From: a bacterium
GTDB lineage: Bacteria > Desulfobacterota_D > UBA1144
Length of the DNA: 53,323 nt
Direction of reading: 5' to 3'
NCBI GenBank assembly: GCA_002708105.2
Contig: PAOQ02000007.1
Coordinates: 5,426-58,748 of the forward strand
In this document: positions 33,395 to 44,127 of the stretch, one piece after another
Layout: each line of letters opens with the position of its first letter
Position numbering within the stretch: the stretch's first letter is position 1
Notes under the pieces: generated by a model
Told to the model about the DNA's origin: nothing
Database searches by the model: none
What the model saw: the letters and a program-made list of their open reading frames with translations, nothing else
Position numbers and translations under genes: made by a program

Positions 33395-34576
33395 ATGCAT
33401 AAAAAATTATCGTTATTAATGTTGCTGTCTTTTTTGCTGGCTATTATTTTCTCAAATTATTTTCCAGAAATAGTTATTAATTCTAAGTTTCTAGGTGATT
33501 ATTTTATAAGATTGCTTAAGGCTTTTGTTCCTTTCCTGATTTTTGGTACTATCACATACTCAATCGCATCTTTTGATGCATTTAGCAAAATAGGAAAAAT
33601 TGTTCCTCTAACTTTATTTTTTTATATTATTTCAACATTAATAGCGATAACCTTTGCTTTACTTGTTGGATCTTATATTGATTTCGGTTCAACTGACTTT
33701 AATCTTCAAGGCAACTTCGTAAGTAAGCAAATTGATATTGGAACAAGTCTTTCTGTGCTCTCTGTGAATCCAAAAGATTTTGTTAGTTTACTTTTAGATG
33801 CAAATCCTTTTGCTATAATGATATTTTCTATTACTATCGGAATGCTATGTAGAATAAATTCAGAATATAGCAATAAAACAGTTTACCTTTTATCAAAATT
33901 AAATATTTTAGTTATAACTTTTACAAATTATATTATGCTACTTGCTCCTTTGGCAATATTTTCATTACTAGGGAATTTGCTTATTCAGGTTGAAAATGAA
34001 ATGATCTATTCACTGCTTCGATTTGTAATTAGCTCTATAATCATTTTCTTGCTATATCTGTTTCTTTTCTATGGTTCAGTTGTTAAGTATTTAGGAAAAG
34101 TATCCCCATTGGCTTTTTTTCAAAAAATTAAAGATCCACTACTTTTTGCTTTCTTTTCGTCAAGTAGTGCAGCTACAATGCCATTAACATTAAAAGTTGC
34201 AGAGGATGATTTAAAACTTAATAAAGAGATTTCATCCTTCGTGATTCCAATTGGTGTAACAGTGAATATGGATGGATCAGCAATATATTTAGGCCTTGCT
34301 GCCTTATTTGTAGGTCAAATTTTAGGTATTAACTTTACATATAATGAATATCTAATTATTTGTCTTACTGCTACTATAGGTAGTATCGGTGCAGCAGGAG
34401 TACCCTCTGTTGCATTGGTTATGATGACAATAGTATTCTCGTCAGTTGGAATACCATTAGAAGCAATAGCAATTATTGCAGGGGTAGATAGATTGTTAGA
34501 CATGTTTAGAACTTCAATTAATGTAGCTGGTGATCTGACAATTTCGACAGTGGTAAACAAAATTATAAATAAATAA
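33395..34576 (+). CDS. Dicarboxylate/amino acid:cation symporter (DAACS, GltP-like)
   Basis: SSSSAATMP, NMDGSA, GAAGVP, DMFRTSINV.GD. Confidence 0.93.
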   Translation: MHKKLSLLMLLSFLLAIIFSNYFPEIVINSKFLGDYFIRLLKAFVPFLIFGTITYSIASFDAFSKIGKIVPLTLFFYIISTLIAITFALLVGSYIDFGSTDFNLQGNFVSKQIDIGTSLSVLSVNPKDFVSLLLDANPFAIMIFSITIGMLCRINSEYSNKTVYLLSKLNILVITFTNYIMLLAPLAIFSLLGNLLIQVENEMIYSLLRFVISSIIIFLLYLFLFYGSVVKYLGKVSPLAFFQKIKDPLLFAFFSSSSAATMPLTLKVAEDDLKLNKEISSFVIPIGVTVNMDGSAIYLGLAALFVGQILGINFTYNEYLIICLTATIGSIGAAGVPSVALVMMTIVFSSVGIPLEAIAIIAGVDRLLDMFRTSINVAGDLTISTVVNKIINK

Positions 34577-34622
34577 TAATTTTTAGTAGTTAAAATTGAA
34601 TTTGTTAGTTAAAATTTAGATA

Positions 34623-35627
34623 ATGTTTCGATTAATTAAACTCATAGTAGATTTCTTAAATAATTTAGATAAAAGAGGGAGTACTAATGGAAGTATTCCT
34701 GACATGAATTCTACAGACAAAAATAATCTTAAAAAATTATTTATAATTGTTCCAATTTTTTTTGGAATATTAGCTGTCTTATCAAGTATCTATACAATTC
34801 AACCAGGAGAAATAGGCGTAATACAAAGATTTGGAAAATTCTCATCTTATACAAATCCAGGCCTAAACTTAAAAATACCTTTTGTAGATAGGCTAACTAA
34901 AGTTAATGTTGAGAAAGTTAGAAGAATTGAAATTGGTTTCAGGTCTGAAAGAGCGAGGGTAAATGTTCTTCAGGAATCTTTAATGATTACTAAAGATGAG
35001 AACATTGTCAGTGCTCAAGCAATTATTCAATGGAAAATTAAAGATCCTGGAAACTATTTATTTAAAGTCGCAAACCCTATACTTACGATAAAAAATTCAG
35101 CAGAAGTTGCCTTAAGAAGTACTGTGGGTGTCACTTTGATTGATGATGCTTTAACCACAGGCAGAGATGCAATTCAAATTAAAACTAAAGAATTTTTACA
35201 AATACTATTAGACTCTTATTCATCAGGAGTACAGATTACAGACGTTAAGCTTCAGATTGTCGATCCTCCTGACGAAGTTAAAGATGCATTTAACGAAGTT
35301 GTACGTGCTAAGGAAGATAAAGAAAGGCTTATAAATGAAGCAAAAGGCTTCTCTGAAGACGTTATTCCTAAAGCTAGAGGAGAAGCTGAAAAGATGTTGA
35401 AAGAAGCTGAGGGCTATAAAGAAAAAAGAATATCTACTGCAGAAGGTGATACGTCAAGATTTAATCAAATTTATTCTGAGTACAGAAAGGATAAAGATGT
35501 AACAAAAACAAGAATATATTTAGAGAAATTAACTGACGTGCTTCAGAAGCCTAAGAAAGTTATTGGAACCGATTCATCTGGTGGCGCATTAAATCTATTA
35601 CAATTAGGAGATATTTTTAAGGATTAG
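34623..35627 (+). CDS. hflK: FtsH modulator HflK
   Basis: TM plus SPFH domain, RFGK, PP.EV..AF.EV..A.ED, IPKARGEA. Confidence 0.93.
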   Translation: MFRLIKLIVDFLNNLDKRGSTNGSIPDMNSTDKNNLKKLFIIVPIFFGILAVLSSIYTIQPGEIGVIQRFGKFSSYTNPGLNLKIPFVDRLTKVNVEKVRRIEIGFRSERARVNVLQESLMITKDENIVSAQAIIQWKIKDPGNYLFKVANPILTIKNSAEVALRSTVGVTLIDDALTTGRDAIQIKTKEFLQILLDSYSSGVQITDVKLQIVDPPDEVKDAFNEVVRAKEDKERLINEAKGFSEDVIPKARGEAEKMLKEAEGYKEKRISTAEGDTSRFNQIYSEYRKDKDVTKTRIYLEKLTDVLQKPKKVIGTDSSGGALNLLQLGDIFKD

Positions 35628-35629
35628 AT

Positions 35630-36475
35630 ATGAAGAAGTTTTTACCTATATTAATTTTATTAGCATTATTAATACCTAGCTTCGTTTATACAATAGATGA
35701 AAAGGAACAGGCTATTATTACAGAGTTTGGAGAATTCAAAAGGTCTGTTGTTAAGCCTGGGATACATTTTAAAAAACCTTTTATTGAGAAAATATCAAGA
35801 TTTGAAAAAAGAATGTTATCTACCGATGCTCCACCTGGAGAATATCTAACTTTAGATAAGAAAAGACTGGTTGTAGATTTCTTAGCTAGATGGAGAATAA
35901 CAGACCCCTTAGTTTTCTTTAAATCTGTTAGGAATTTATTTAGTGCAAATACTAGGATAGAAGACATTGTTTATTCTGAACTTAGAGAAGAGCTTGCTAC
36001 TCATAATATTAATGATGTTATTGCAGAGAATCGGGAATTAATAATGGATAAAGTAAAAGCAGGAAGCAGTGAAAAGCTTACTGAGTACGGGATTACATTG
36101 GTTGATGTAAGGATTAAAAGAGCTGATTTGCCATCTGAAGTTCAGCAAAGTGTTTTTGATAGGATGGTTGCTGAGCGAAAAAGGATTTCTAAAAGATACA
36201 GATCTGAGGGAGAAGAAGAATCTGCTAAGATTAGGGCTGAAACTATTAAAAACAGAGATATTATAATTGCCAAAGCTTATGCAAAAAGTGAACAAGTAAA
36301 AGGTGAGGGTGATAAAAAGGCTACTGAAATATACTCGTCTTCATATAGTAAAGACCCTGATTTTTATGAGTTTATGAAAACTTTAGAAACATACGAACAA
36401 ATTATTGATGAAAAAACAATTATTTTTCTCCCTATGAACTCAAGTTTGTTAGACTTATTACAAAAGAGAAATTAG
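35630..36475 (+). CDS. hflC: FtsH modulator HflC
   Basis: DVRIKRADLP, RMVAER, RSEG.EE, DPDFYEF..TLE.Y. Confidence 0.93.
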   Translation: MKKFLPILILLALLIPSFVYTIDEKEQAIITEFGEFKRSVVKPGIHFKKPFIEKISRFEKRMLSTDAPPGEYLTLDKKRLVVDFLARWRITDPLVFFKSVRNLFSANTRIEDIVYSELREELATHNINDVIAENRELIMDKVKAGSSEKLTEYGITLVDVRIKRADLPSEVQQSVFDRMVAERKRISKRYRSEGEEESAKIRAETIKNRDIIIAKAYAKSEQVKGEGDKKATEIYSSSYSKDPDFYEFMKTLETYEQIIDEKTIIFLPMNSSLLDLLQKRN

Positions 36476-36478
36476 ATA

Positions 36479-36961
36479 TTGGATACATTTAGTCATGCCC
36501 TCTGGGGTAAAGCATTATTTGGTTATAGAGGCGCAAAATTTTCGCCTTTTTTGTTTGGATCTGCCCCTGACTTAATTGCTTTTGTTCCACATTTTATATA
36601 CAAATTATTCAACAGTAATGATTCTGATCTTTTTGGGAAGCCCGAAATTGTTCAAATACCAAGTTGGGTCTTAAGCCTATATGACTTCTCTCACAGTTTC
36701 ATAACTGCTTTTTTAGTCATTCTTTTACTTTTTATATTTAAGAAGAAAGTTTTTGCATTTGCTGCACTTGCATGGCCTTTTGCTATTCTTCTAGACTTTC
36801 CTTTCCACAGCAAAGAATTCTTTGCTACAAAACTTTTTTGGCCTTTAACTGATTATAGTTTTGACGGCGTTTCTTGGGCAACACCTGAAGTGTGGTTTGG
36901 AAATCTTTTTTTACTACTTATTTTTATTTTCTATAGGTTTTATCCAGGTAAAGATTCATAA
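36479..36961 (+). CDS. Membrane-bound metal-dependent hydrolase-like protein (YdjM-like)
   Basis: MDTFSH, PDL, SHS, LDFPFH, LFWP motifs with TM segments. Confidence 0.7.
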   Translation: MDTFSHALWGKALFGYRGAKFSPFLFGSAPDLIAFVPHFIYKLFNSNDSDLFGKPEIVQIPSWVLSLYDFSHSFITAFLVILLLFIFKKKVFAFAALAWPFAILLDFPFHSKEFFATKLFWPLTDYSFDGVSWATPEVWFGNLFLLLIFIFYRFYPGKDS

Positions 36962-37432
36962 ATTTATCTGTATTTTTTTCCATAATTCAAGTGTAACTGC
37001 AACATCCTGAACACAGTAATCCATCATCCTTTCACTATAAACATCCCATGGTCCTTCATAATCACCCTTTAGATTACTTAGTCTATGACCCCAGGACTTT
37101 AAAGAATGCCTACCTCGTAATTCTAAAGGTATTTTATCTTCTATGTTGTCAGTTTGAATAATATTCGGCCAAATCCTTCTTGCATATTCGAGAGTGTCAA
37201 AAACTTCCCCTTTAGGATTAAATGTATAAATTTTTTGTAGTGCAGGAATATCAAACTTCTTTATATTATGACCTATAAGAAATTCAGCTTTTTCTAAGTA
37301 CTCTAATCCCTCAATAATATTATTTCTAAACTTTCTGATTTCTCCTGATTCTGGATCTATAGTTGCAAAACAATGGACTTTTGTCATTCCTTGCAAAAAA
37401 CCATCAGTTTCTATATCGAAAACTAATTTCAT
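36956..37432 (-). CDS. Stand-alone DnaQ-like (DEDDy) 3'-5' exonuclease resembling the N-terminal domain of T7-type DNA polymerase
   Basis: ExoI FDIETD, ExoII GHNIKKFDIP, HSLKSWGHRL..KGDY, ExoIII MMDYCVQDV; ATG at 37432 is 1 nt from the oadB stop. Confidence 0.85.
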   Translation of the reverse strand: MKLVFDIETDGFLQGMTKVHCFATIDPESGEIRKFRNNIIEGLEYLEKAEFLIGHNIKKFDIPALQKIYTFNPKGEVFDTLEYARRIWPNIIQTDNIEDKIPLELRGRHSLKSWGHRLSNLKGDYEGPWDVYSERMMDYCVQDVAVTLELWKKIQINL

Positions 37433-37433
37433 T

Positions 37434-38762
37434 TTAAGCAAATATTGATATTAATACACCAGCTGCAACCGCTGAACCAATAACCCCTGCAACATTAGGT
37501 CCCATTGCATGCATTAATAATACGTTTGATGGATCTTCTTTATTTCCTACTTTACTTACAACTCTTGCAGCCATTGGTACAGCAGATACACCTGCGGCAC
37601 CAATAAGTGGATTAATAGGGTCTTTACTAAATTTATTTAGCAATTTACCCATTAAGACACCTGTTGCAGTACCTAGAGAAAAAGCAACCAAACCTATAAC
37701 AATTATTCCAAGAGTTTCAGGGACTAAAAATTTCTCTGCTGCTAGTTTTGACCCTACAGCAAGACCAAGGAAGATTGTTACAATATTTATTAGAGAATTT
37801 TGCATTGTTTCAGATAGCCTATCAACAGCTCCCGATTCTTTTAAAAAGTTTCCAAAACATAGAGCACCAACAAGAGGTGTAGCATCAGGTAAAACTAATA
37901 TACATAAAATAAGAACGGTTATTGGAAAAAAGATTTTTTCAAGTTTTTTAACTTTCCTTAATTGTACCATCTTAATTTTTCTTTCATTTTCTGAAGTTAA
38001 TGCTCTCATAATCGGTGGTTGAATTATAGGAACCAATGCCATATATGAATAAGCGGCAACTGCGATTGCCCCCAAGAGTTCTGGTGCTAATCTAGAGGCA
38101 ATAAAAATTGCTGTAGGTCCATCAGCTCCCCCAATAATACTAATTGCAGCTGAATCTTGTAATGAAAAATCTATAATCGTTGTTGTTTGTGATAATGCAA
38201 CTGCTCCAACTAGAGATCCAAAAATACCAAACTGAGCTGCTGCTCCAAGTAGTGCTGTTTTTGGATTTGCTATTAATGGTCCAAAATCAGTCATAGCTCC
38301 AACTCCCATAAAAATTATTATAGGGAATAGGCCATTTTGAACACCAAGGGAATATAGTATTCCTAGGAAGCCGTTTGGCCCCCCAATTTCCGCAATTGGA
38401 ATATTGGCTAGAAGTCCACCAAAGCCTATGGGCATTAATAATAAGGGTTCAAAGTTTTTTGATATAGCTAGATAAAACAATAGTAGGCAAATTAAGATCA
38501 TTATTATTCTTCCAAAACTTTGAGAAAATTTTGACATTGGTTTTAATTTATCAGGATCCAATTTACCTTCGACAGGATTAATAAACTCATATATACCAGT
38601 TGATTTATAAAAGCTTTTAAAGAGTTCTTTTACATTTTTAGATTTATATTCTTTGGTTTCGATTTTTGAATTTGATGATTGTGCGGAATACGCAACATTT
38701 GAAAGAGAAACAAAAACAAAGAACAATAATAGTAATGTTATAAATGTCTTAATATTTATCAT
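37434..38762 (-). CDS. oadB: Na+-translocating decarboxylase beta subunit
   Basis: [50 protein letters not shown]. Confidence 0.95.
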   Translation of the reverse strand: MINIKTFITLLLLFFVFVSLSNVAYSAQSSNSKIETKEYKSKNVKELFKSFYKSTGIYEFINPVEGKLDPDKLKPMSKFSQSFGRIIMILICLLLFYLAISKNFEPLLLMPIGFGGLLANIPIAEIGGPNGFLGILYSLGVQNGLFPIIIFMGVGAMTDFGPLIANPKTALLGAAAQFGIFGSLVGAVALSQTTTIIDFSLQDSAAISIIGGADGPTAIFIASRLAPELLGAIAVAAYSYMALVPIIQPPIMRALTSENERKIKMVQLRKVKKLEKIFFPITVLILCILVLPDATPLVGALCFGNFLKESGAVDRLSETMQNSLINIVTIFLGLAVGSKLAAEKFLVPETLGIIVIGLVAFSLGTATGVLMGKLLNKFSKDPINPLIGAAGVSAVPMAARVVSKVGNKEDPSNVLLMHAMGPNVAGVIGSAVAAGVLISIFA

Positions 38763-38763
38763 C

Positions 38764-40569
38764 TTATGAAACTTCTAGTATTAAATCTCCTTCTTCAACG
38801 CTTTGTCCTTGATCGACAATTATTGCATTAACTGTACCATTTAATCCAGCTTTTACCTCGATTTCCATTTTCATAGATTCTAAGATCATCACTGTTTGAT
38901 CTGCCTCTACTGTATCTCCTTTGGAACACAAAACTTTAAGAACATTTCCATTAACCGGAGCAACTACACCTTCACCTGAGGAGCTTTGTTCAGTTTCTTC
39001 GCTAGAATCTGAGTTTTGGTTGCTTCCAGATTTTGAAACAATCTCTACATCAGTACCCTCTGCAACTTGAACATTGAATGATTCACCATTTAAAACAATA
39101 GTGTAATTTGATGCTTTACCAGTTTTTTTGCCACCTTCTTTAACTAGAGATGGTTCTTCATCTGTAATTTTTCTAACGCTAGCTTTAGTTTTTCCCTCAA
39201 GGAAGTCAATACCTTTTTCCGCACAGGCAGCGGCAATAAAAATATTTTCCTCTGATGTTTCTATATCTTTTTCTATGAGTATTTTTTTCCAGTAATCAAG
39301 ACTTTTCTTTTCGTCTTTATCTGCTATGTCTAAAGGGTTTTCTGTTGTAGGTTCAAGTTTAAGGTGTTCTGAAGCAAGCTTCACTATTTCAGGATCTGGA
39401 GCTGTTGGTGTTTTACCAAAATATCCAAGGACCATTCTTCCATAGCCATCTGCAATTTTTTCCCACTTTCCAAACATCACATTACTAAAGGCTTGTTGCC
39501 AATAAAACTGTGATACAGGCGTTACAGATGTACCATAACCTCCCTTTTCAACAACCTCTCCCATAGCATCAATAACAGAGGGAAACTTATCAAGTATATT
39601 ATTGTCTCTCATCATTTGTGTGTTAGCTGTTAACGCACCACCAGGCATCGGTGAAAATGGAATAAGAGGAGAAACTGCTTGCGCCTCACTTGGGAAGGAG
39701 TAATCTTTGAGTCGATCTTTTAAAACCTCACGATATTTTAAAATTTTATTATTTTCTAAATCACCAAGATTATAATTAGAGTTTTTAGTAGCGTGAAGCA
39801 TAGTTAAAATATCAGGCTGACTTGTACCCCCAGATAAAGGATCTACGGCAGTATCTATTCCATCAGCACCTGCTTCTAATGCTGCAAGGTAACATGCAAC
39901 ACTAACTCCAGCCGTTTCATGAGTATGAAATCTTACATGAGAGTTTTCTGGCAAAAGTCTTTTAGCCATTTTTATAGTTTCATATACTTTTTTAGGATGG
40001 GATGTTCCGCTAGCATCTTTGAAGCATAAAGAAGAGAATTTCATCCCAGAGTCTAATATTTGTTTTAATATCTTTTCATAAAATTCAACAGTGTGTGCAC
40101 CTTCACATCCTGGTGGTAAGTCCATCATCGTTATTACAGCTTCATGTCGCAAGCCATGCCTATTAACACATTCACCACTATAAATAAGATTTGATACATC
40201 ATTTAGTGCATCAAAGTTTCTTATTGTGGTAGTTCCATGTTTTTTAAACATTTTCGCATGGAGGTCCACAATTTCTCGACTGCCTGTATCTAAAGCTACT
40301 GTATTAATTCCTCTTGATAAAGTTTGAAGATTTGCATCAGGCCCAACAATTTCTCTAAATTTATCCATCATTTCAAATGCATTTTCATTCAAATAAAAGA
40401 AAAGGCTTTGAAAACGTGCTCCACCACCAAATTCGAAATGTGTAATTCCAGCCTTTGATGCCTCTTCAACTGCTGGCATAAAATCTTCCATCAAGACTCT
40501 TCCACCAAAAACTGACTGGAAACCGTCTCTAAAAGTAGTATCCATTATATCTATAAATTTCTTGCTCAT
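38764..40569 (-). CDS. oadA: Oxaloacetate decarboxylase alpha subunit (carboxyltransferase plus biotin carrier)
   Basis: [26 protein letters not shown], biotinylation motif ESMKME; flanked by oadG and oadB. Confidence 0.9.
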   Translation of the reverse strand: MSKKFIDIMDTTFRDGFQSVFGGRVLMEDFMPAVEEASKAGITHFEFGGGARFQSLFFYLNENAFEMMDKFREIVGPDANLQTLSRGINTVALDTGSREIVDLHAKMFKKHGTTTIRNFDALNDVSNLIYSGECVNRHGLRHEAVITMMDLPPGCEGAHTVEFYEKILKQILDSGMKFSSLCFKDASGTSHPKKVYETIKMAKRLLPENSHVRFHTHETAGVSVACYLAALEAGADGIDTAVDPLSGGTSQPDILTMLHATKNSNYNLGDLENNKILKYREVLKDRLKDYSFPSEAQAVSPLIPFSPMPGGALTANTQMMRDNNILDKFPSVIDAMGEVVEKGGYGTSVTPVSQFYWQQAFSNVMFGKWEKIADGYGRMVLGYFGKTPTAPDPEIVKLASEHLKLEPTTENPLDIADKDEKKSLDYWKKILIEKDIETSEENIFIAAACAEKGIDFLEGKTKASVRKITDEEPSLVKEGGKKTGKASNYTIVLNGESFNVQVAEGTDVEIVSKSGSNQNSDSSEETEQSSSGEGVVAPVNGNVLKVLCSKGDTVEADQTVMILESMKMEIEVKAGLNGTVNAIIVDQGQSVEEGDLILEVS

Positions 40570-40603
40570 TTCTTTTGACTATTCACAGGTAACCTGAAAA
40601 GAT

Positions 40604-40843
40604 CTAATTTTTGGTATTTTCTTTAATGTGATGTTTAACAGCTGCCGACACAACTGCAACTTTTTTCTTTTCAGTTAAATTTTTCGAACTTTTCTTTGAT
40701 TCAATTGAATCATCTATGTCCTCTGAACCCGAAATATAGCTTATAAGTTTTCCTTGCGCCTCGAGTACAAAGACCATTATAACCAGAAAGAGAAAAACAA
40801 CAGTCATCCCGGTTATCATAAAGTTCACAGATTCACCTATCAT
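40604..40843 (-). CDS. oadG: Oxaloacetate decarboxylase gamma subunit
   Basis: GM.VVFLFL TM helix, VAVVSAAVKHH tail; AAGGAG SD. Confidence 0.9.
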   Translation of the reverse strand: MIGESVNFMITGMTVVFLFLVIMVFVLEAQGKLISYISGSEDIDDSIESKKSSKNLTEKKKVAVVSAAVKHHIKENTKN

Positions 40844-40970
40844 TGTGAAACACTCCTTTATATCATTTTTTATCCATTCTTATTTTAGTAAATAAAATTC
40901 ATAAAAACAATTAAAATTATTAATTTTTTTTAAATATAGTATTGACAAGTATTTTTAAATATGGCATCTT

Positions 40971-41186
40971 ATGGGCTTCATGAGTGAAAAAGATATAGAA
41001 AACCAGGCTTTAAACCTATTAATGAAAGAGTTACGCAAGCTTGATTATTTCAAGTGTATAACTGATTACAAAGCTTTAACACTAGCATTCCATGTTGTTA
41101 GTGAGAAAATAGGTTCATCAGTTGATTTTGTTCGTGAAAATACAGAAATGGATCAAACTATAAAAAGTCTTATTGCTAAACATTAA
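40971..41186 (+). CDS. Small hypothetical protein
   Basis: 71 aa; TTGACA at 40942 upstream. Confidence 0.6.
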   Translation: MGFMSEKDIENQALNLLMKELRKLDYFKCITDYKALTLAFHVVSEKIGSSVDFVRENTEMDQTIKSLIAKH

Positions 41187-41188
41187 TC

Positions 41189-41815
41189 TTATTCAATTGC
41201 CTTCGAAACAATAAAAACAGCTAATATTTCAACAATTAAAAATAATATTATTGATGAAAAGTCTATTCCTACTGGAGAATTCGTAAATAATCTTGATATA
41301 GTAACGGCAGGATTAGCGAAACATGTTGAAGATGTGAAAAAGGTAGCTGAAAGTATGTATGACCCTACTAATATTGGAATACTCGATGGTGAGAATTTAT
41401 CCCCATGAATGATAACAATAAGTAAACCTAAAGTAGCGATAAATTCACCGAGAAGAATATTTGTAGCCGATCTATCAATTACAGAAACTGAAACAGGAGT
41501 TTCCCCAAACATTAAATGAACACAGATTACTCCAGATACAGCACCAAGGATTTGCATTATCGAATATAAGGTTAAATCTTTTAATTCAATGTTGCCTCGC
41601 AAGTACATCATTAATGAGACTGCTGGATTAAAATGTGCTCCAGACACTTTGGAAAACAAAGTGATATTACAAAATAATATCGAGCCAGCTGCTAAAGCAA
41701 TTACTATTAAAGTTATATAAGCAGGGGCATCCATTGATGACATAATAAAAGGTGTTCCAACTATAGCGAGAAGCAATAAAAAGGTTCCATAAAATTCGAC
41801 AATATATTTATTCAT
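41189..41815 (-). CDS. MIP/aquaporin family channel
   Basis: SGAHFNPAV and FANPAV (two NPA motifs), six TM segments. Confidence 0.92.
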   Translation of the reverse strand: MNKYIVEFYGTFLLLLAIVGTPFIMSSMDAPAYITLIVIALAAGSILFCNITLFSKVSGAHFNPAVSLMMYLRGNIELKDLTLYSIMQILGAVSGVICVHLMFGETPVSVSVIDRSATNILLGEFIATLGLLIVIIHGDKFSPSSIPILVGSYILSATFFTSSTCFANPAVTISRLFTNSPVGIDFSSIILFLIVEILAVFIVSKAIE

Positions 41816-41869
41816 AATTTCATATAGTAACTGATATAATATATTTGTTAAAAATAAATTTAATATCTT

Positions 41870-42649
41870 ATGATAGCTAATAATTTTAAAATGGTCTTCC
41901 TTTCAGATATGCATCTGGTTCATGGAAAAAAATTTTTAGGAATCGATACTTTTAATTCTTTTAAAGCTGTTGTTGATCATATTCTTCAATTTCATAGCGA
42001 TTTAGATTGCCTACTTATAGGTGGGGACTTAATTCAGGATCAAAAAAAAGAATCTTTCGATTTTTTTAAATCTCAAATCGATAGAATAGTTTCTCCTAAG
42101 TTATACGCAAGAGGTAATCATGACTTGTCCGATAGCTTTTTTTCTAATTTAGATACTAATAATGGAAAGTTTTCTTATGATAACTGGGAGATCATAAGGG
42201 TTGATACATATAGCAAAGGGAATATATATGGTGAGGTTGATATCGACAATCTAAATAAAATTGCTACAGTGCTAAATAAAATAAAAGATAAACATTTTAT
42301 TTTATTCATGCATCATAATCTTTTTTTAACTTCATCTCCTTGGCTTGATGTTCATATTACGAAGAATAAAGATGAAGTGTTAAGGATAATTTCTAAGATA
42401 AAAAATATAAAACTTGTTATTAATGGACATATACATCAAGAAACAAAAGTTGAATATAAGGGTATTACTTTTGTCTCATCACCATCTACAAGCATACAAT
42501 TTACTTCTAATCAGGAGAATTTTAAATTAGATGATATTTTTCCAGGATATTTAATTGTAAGTTTAGATAAAAAAGGGAATAAAAAAATCCATTGCCAAAG
42601 AGTAGAAGGAAGCTTTGGAGTTCCTGAAAAGAATCCTGAGACTTACTAG
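41870..42649 (+). CDS. cpdA: Class III cAMP phosphodiesterase (CpdA/Icc-like metallophosphoesterase)
   Basis: SDMHL, GGDL, GNHD, MHH, GHIHQ, PSTSIQF, PGY. Confidence 0.8.
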   Translation: MIANNFKMVFLSDMHLVHGKKFLGIDTFNSFKAVVDHILQFHSDLDCLLIGGDLIQDQKKESFDFFKSQIDRIVSPKLYARGNHDLSDSFFSNLDTNNGKFSYDNWEIIRVDTYSKGNIYGEVDIDNLNKIATVLNKIKDKHFILFMHHNLFLTSSPWLDVHITKNKDEVLRIISKIKNIKLVINGHIHQETKVEYKGITFVSSPSTSIQFTSNQENFKLDDIFPGYLIVSLDKKGNKKIHCQRVEGSFGVPEKNPETY

Positions 42650-42655
42650 ACCGCC

Positions 42656-42721
42656 TTACTTATAAGCGGAACAAGAAATCATTAGAGTCATAACTAAAAT
42701 TAAAAAAGGTAAATAGTTCAT
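42656..42721 (-). CDS. Possible 21-aa peptide MNYLPFLILVMTLMISCSAYK
   Basis: Hand translation; TATATT 7 nt upstream of ATG; hydrophobic core ending in lipobox-like MISC. Confidence 0.3.
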   Translation of the reverse strand: MNYLPFLILVMTLMISCSAYK

Positions 42722-42780
42722 ACTTAATAATATACTTTTAGTGATATAGAAATCAAACATTGTTATAATTTAATAATCGT

Positions 42781-43575
42781 ATGAAAATATCTATATTGCT
42801 TTTATTAGTGTCTATTTATATAGTAATAATTCTTTTCTTTTATTTTTTTCAAAGGTCATTCCTTTATTTTCCAGATGAAAATAACTATTTAACCTCAGAA
42901 ATCATAAACAAAGAAAACAAAGTTCTTAACATTAGGACTAAAGATAATTTAAATTTAAAATCGTATTTATATTTTGAAAAAAAGAACAGAAATACAATAT
43001 TATTTCTTCATGGAAATGCAGGAACGTTAAACAATAGAATCTATAAATTAAATATTTTTAAAAATTTGGGATTTAATTATTTGGCAGTAACTTGGAGAGG
43101 ATTTAGTGGTAATAAAGGTAGTCCAACAGAGAAAGGATTAACTCTTGATGCTCTTTCAGGACTTGATTATTTAAATAGCTTGGGGATAAAGGACAATGAA
43201 GTTGTTATATATGGGGAATCATTAGGTACTGGCGTAGGTGTCAATGTATCAACTATTAGAAGCGTTAAAGGTTTGATTCTCGAATCCCCTTACACTTCAG
43301 TAGGAGATGTTGGAAAAATTAAGTTTCCATTCTTACCTATAGACCTAATATTAAAAGATAAGTTTGATACAAGAAGTAAAATTTCGTCTGTTAAGTGTCC
43401 AATTTTAGTTATGCACGGATATGCGGACAAGATTGTTCCATTTCATATGGGAAAGGAAATTTTTGATTCTATAAATAGTAAAAAATACTCACACTTTGTA
43501 GATGATGACCATATGATGGATTTGGATCACGATGCAACCTTAGCAATCCAGAGCTTCTTTAATTCAATAAATTAA
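42781..43575 (+). CDS. Alpha/beta hydrolase (ABHD13/BEM46-like)
   Basis: N-terminal TM, QR..LYFP, HGNAG, GESLG nucleophile, HG..D.IVP. Confidence 0.9.
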   Translation: MKISILLLLVSIYIVIILFFYFFQRSFLYFPDENNYLTSEIINKENKVLNIRTKDNLNLKSYLYFEKKNRNTILFLHGNAGTLNNRIYKLNIFKNLGFNYLAVTWRGFSGNKGSPTEKGLTLDALSGLDYLNSLGIKDNEVVIYGESLGTGVGVNVSTIRSVKGLILESPYTSVGDVGKIKFPFLPIDLILKDKFDTRSKISSVKCPILVMHGYADKIVPFHMGKEIFDSINSKKYSHFVDDDHMMDLDHDATLAIQSFFNSIN

Positions 43576-44126
43576 ATATGTTTAAGACCTTTAACTAAAT
43601 ATACATATCCTGTGTATACAGTAACAACAGCAGCGACCCATAATGAAAAAAGGCCTATGTCTCTCCCGTATCCCAAGAGGAAGTTGTTTCCCGGCTCGCC
43701 AGAAAGCAAAACTGACAGGGCAAACATTTGTATAAAGGTTTTTGCTTTTGAAAGACTTGATACGGGAAGTGAAAGCTGAAGTGAAGCAAGAAATTCTCTT
43801 AGTCCTGAAACTAAAATTTCCCTACTTATTATAATTAATGCCGCAAATAAGGTTAAATCTTTTATCGTTTCGTCATGGATCAATAGTATTATTGCAACAG
43901 CAACTATTATTTTGTCAGCTATAGGATCTAGCAGGGCTCCGAGTTTAGATTCTTGATTCAAGGATCTTGCAAGTTTTCCATCCAAATAGTCAGTGATGCA
44001 AGCAAAAATAAATAGCCCACATGTTGTCCACTTACCAATCTCTCCAGGGATAAAGAAAGCAAAAACAAAGATTGGAATAATAATAATTCTCAAAAAAGTT
44101 AAAGATAGAGGAATTTTTGAAACCAT
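43572..44126 (-). CDS. pgsA: CDP-diacylglycerol--glycerol-3-phosphate 3-phosphatidyltransferase
   Basis: TDYLDGKLAR..S.LG..LDP.ADK CDP-alcohol motif, REILVSGLRE. Confidence 0.93.
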   Translation of the reverse strand: MVSKIPLSLTFLRIIIIPIFVFAFFIPGEIGKWTTCGLFIFACITDYLDGKLARSLNQESKLGALLDPIADKIIVAVAIILLIHDETIKDLTLFAALIIISREILVSGLREFLASLQLSLPVSSLSKAKTFIQMFALSVLLSGEPGNNFLLGYGRDIGLFSLWVAAVVTVYTGYVYLVKGLKHI

Positions 44127-44127
44127 A

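Noticed and set aside
36479-37441. Prophage around the T7-like exonuclease
   Set aside because: Flanks are host genes with overlaps or 1-3 nt gaps; no integrase, structural genes or att repeats.
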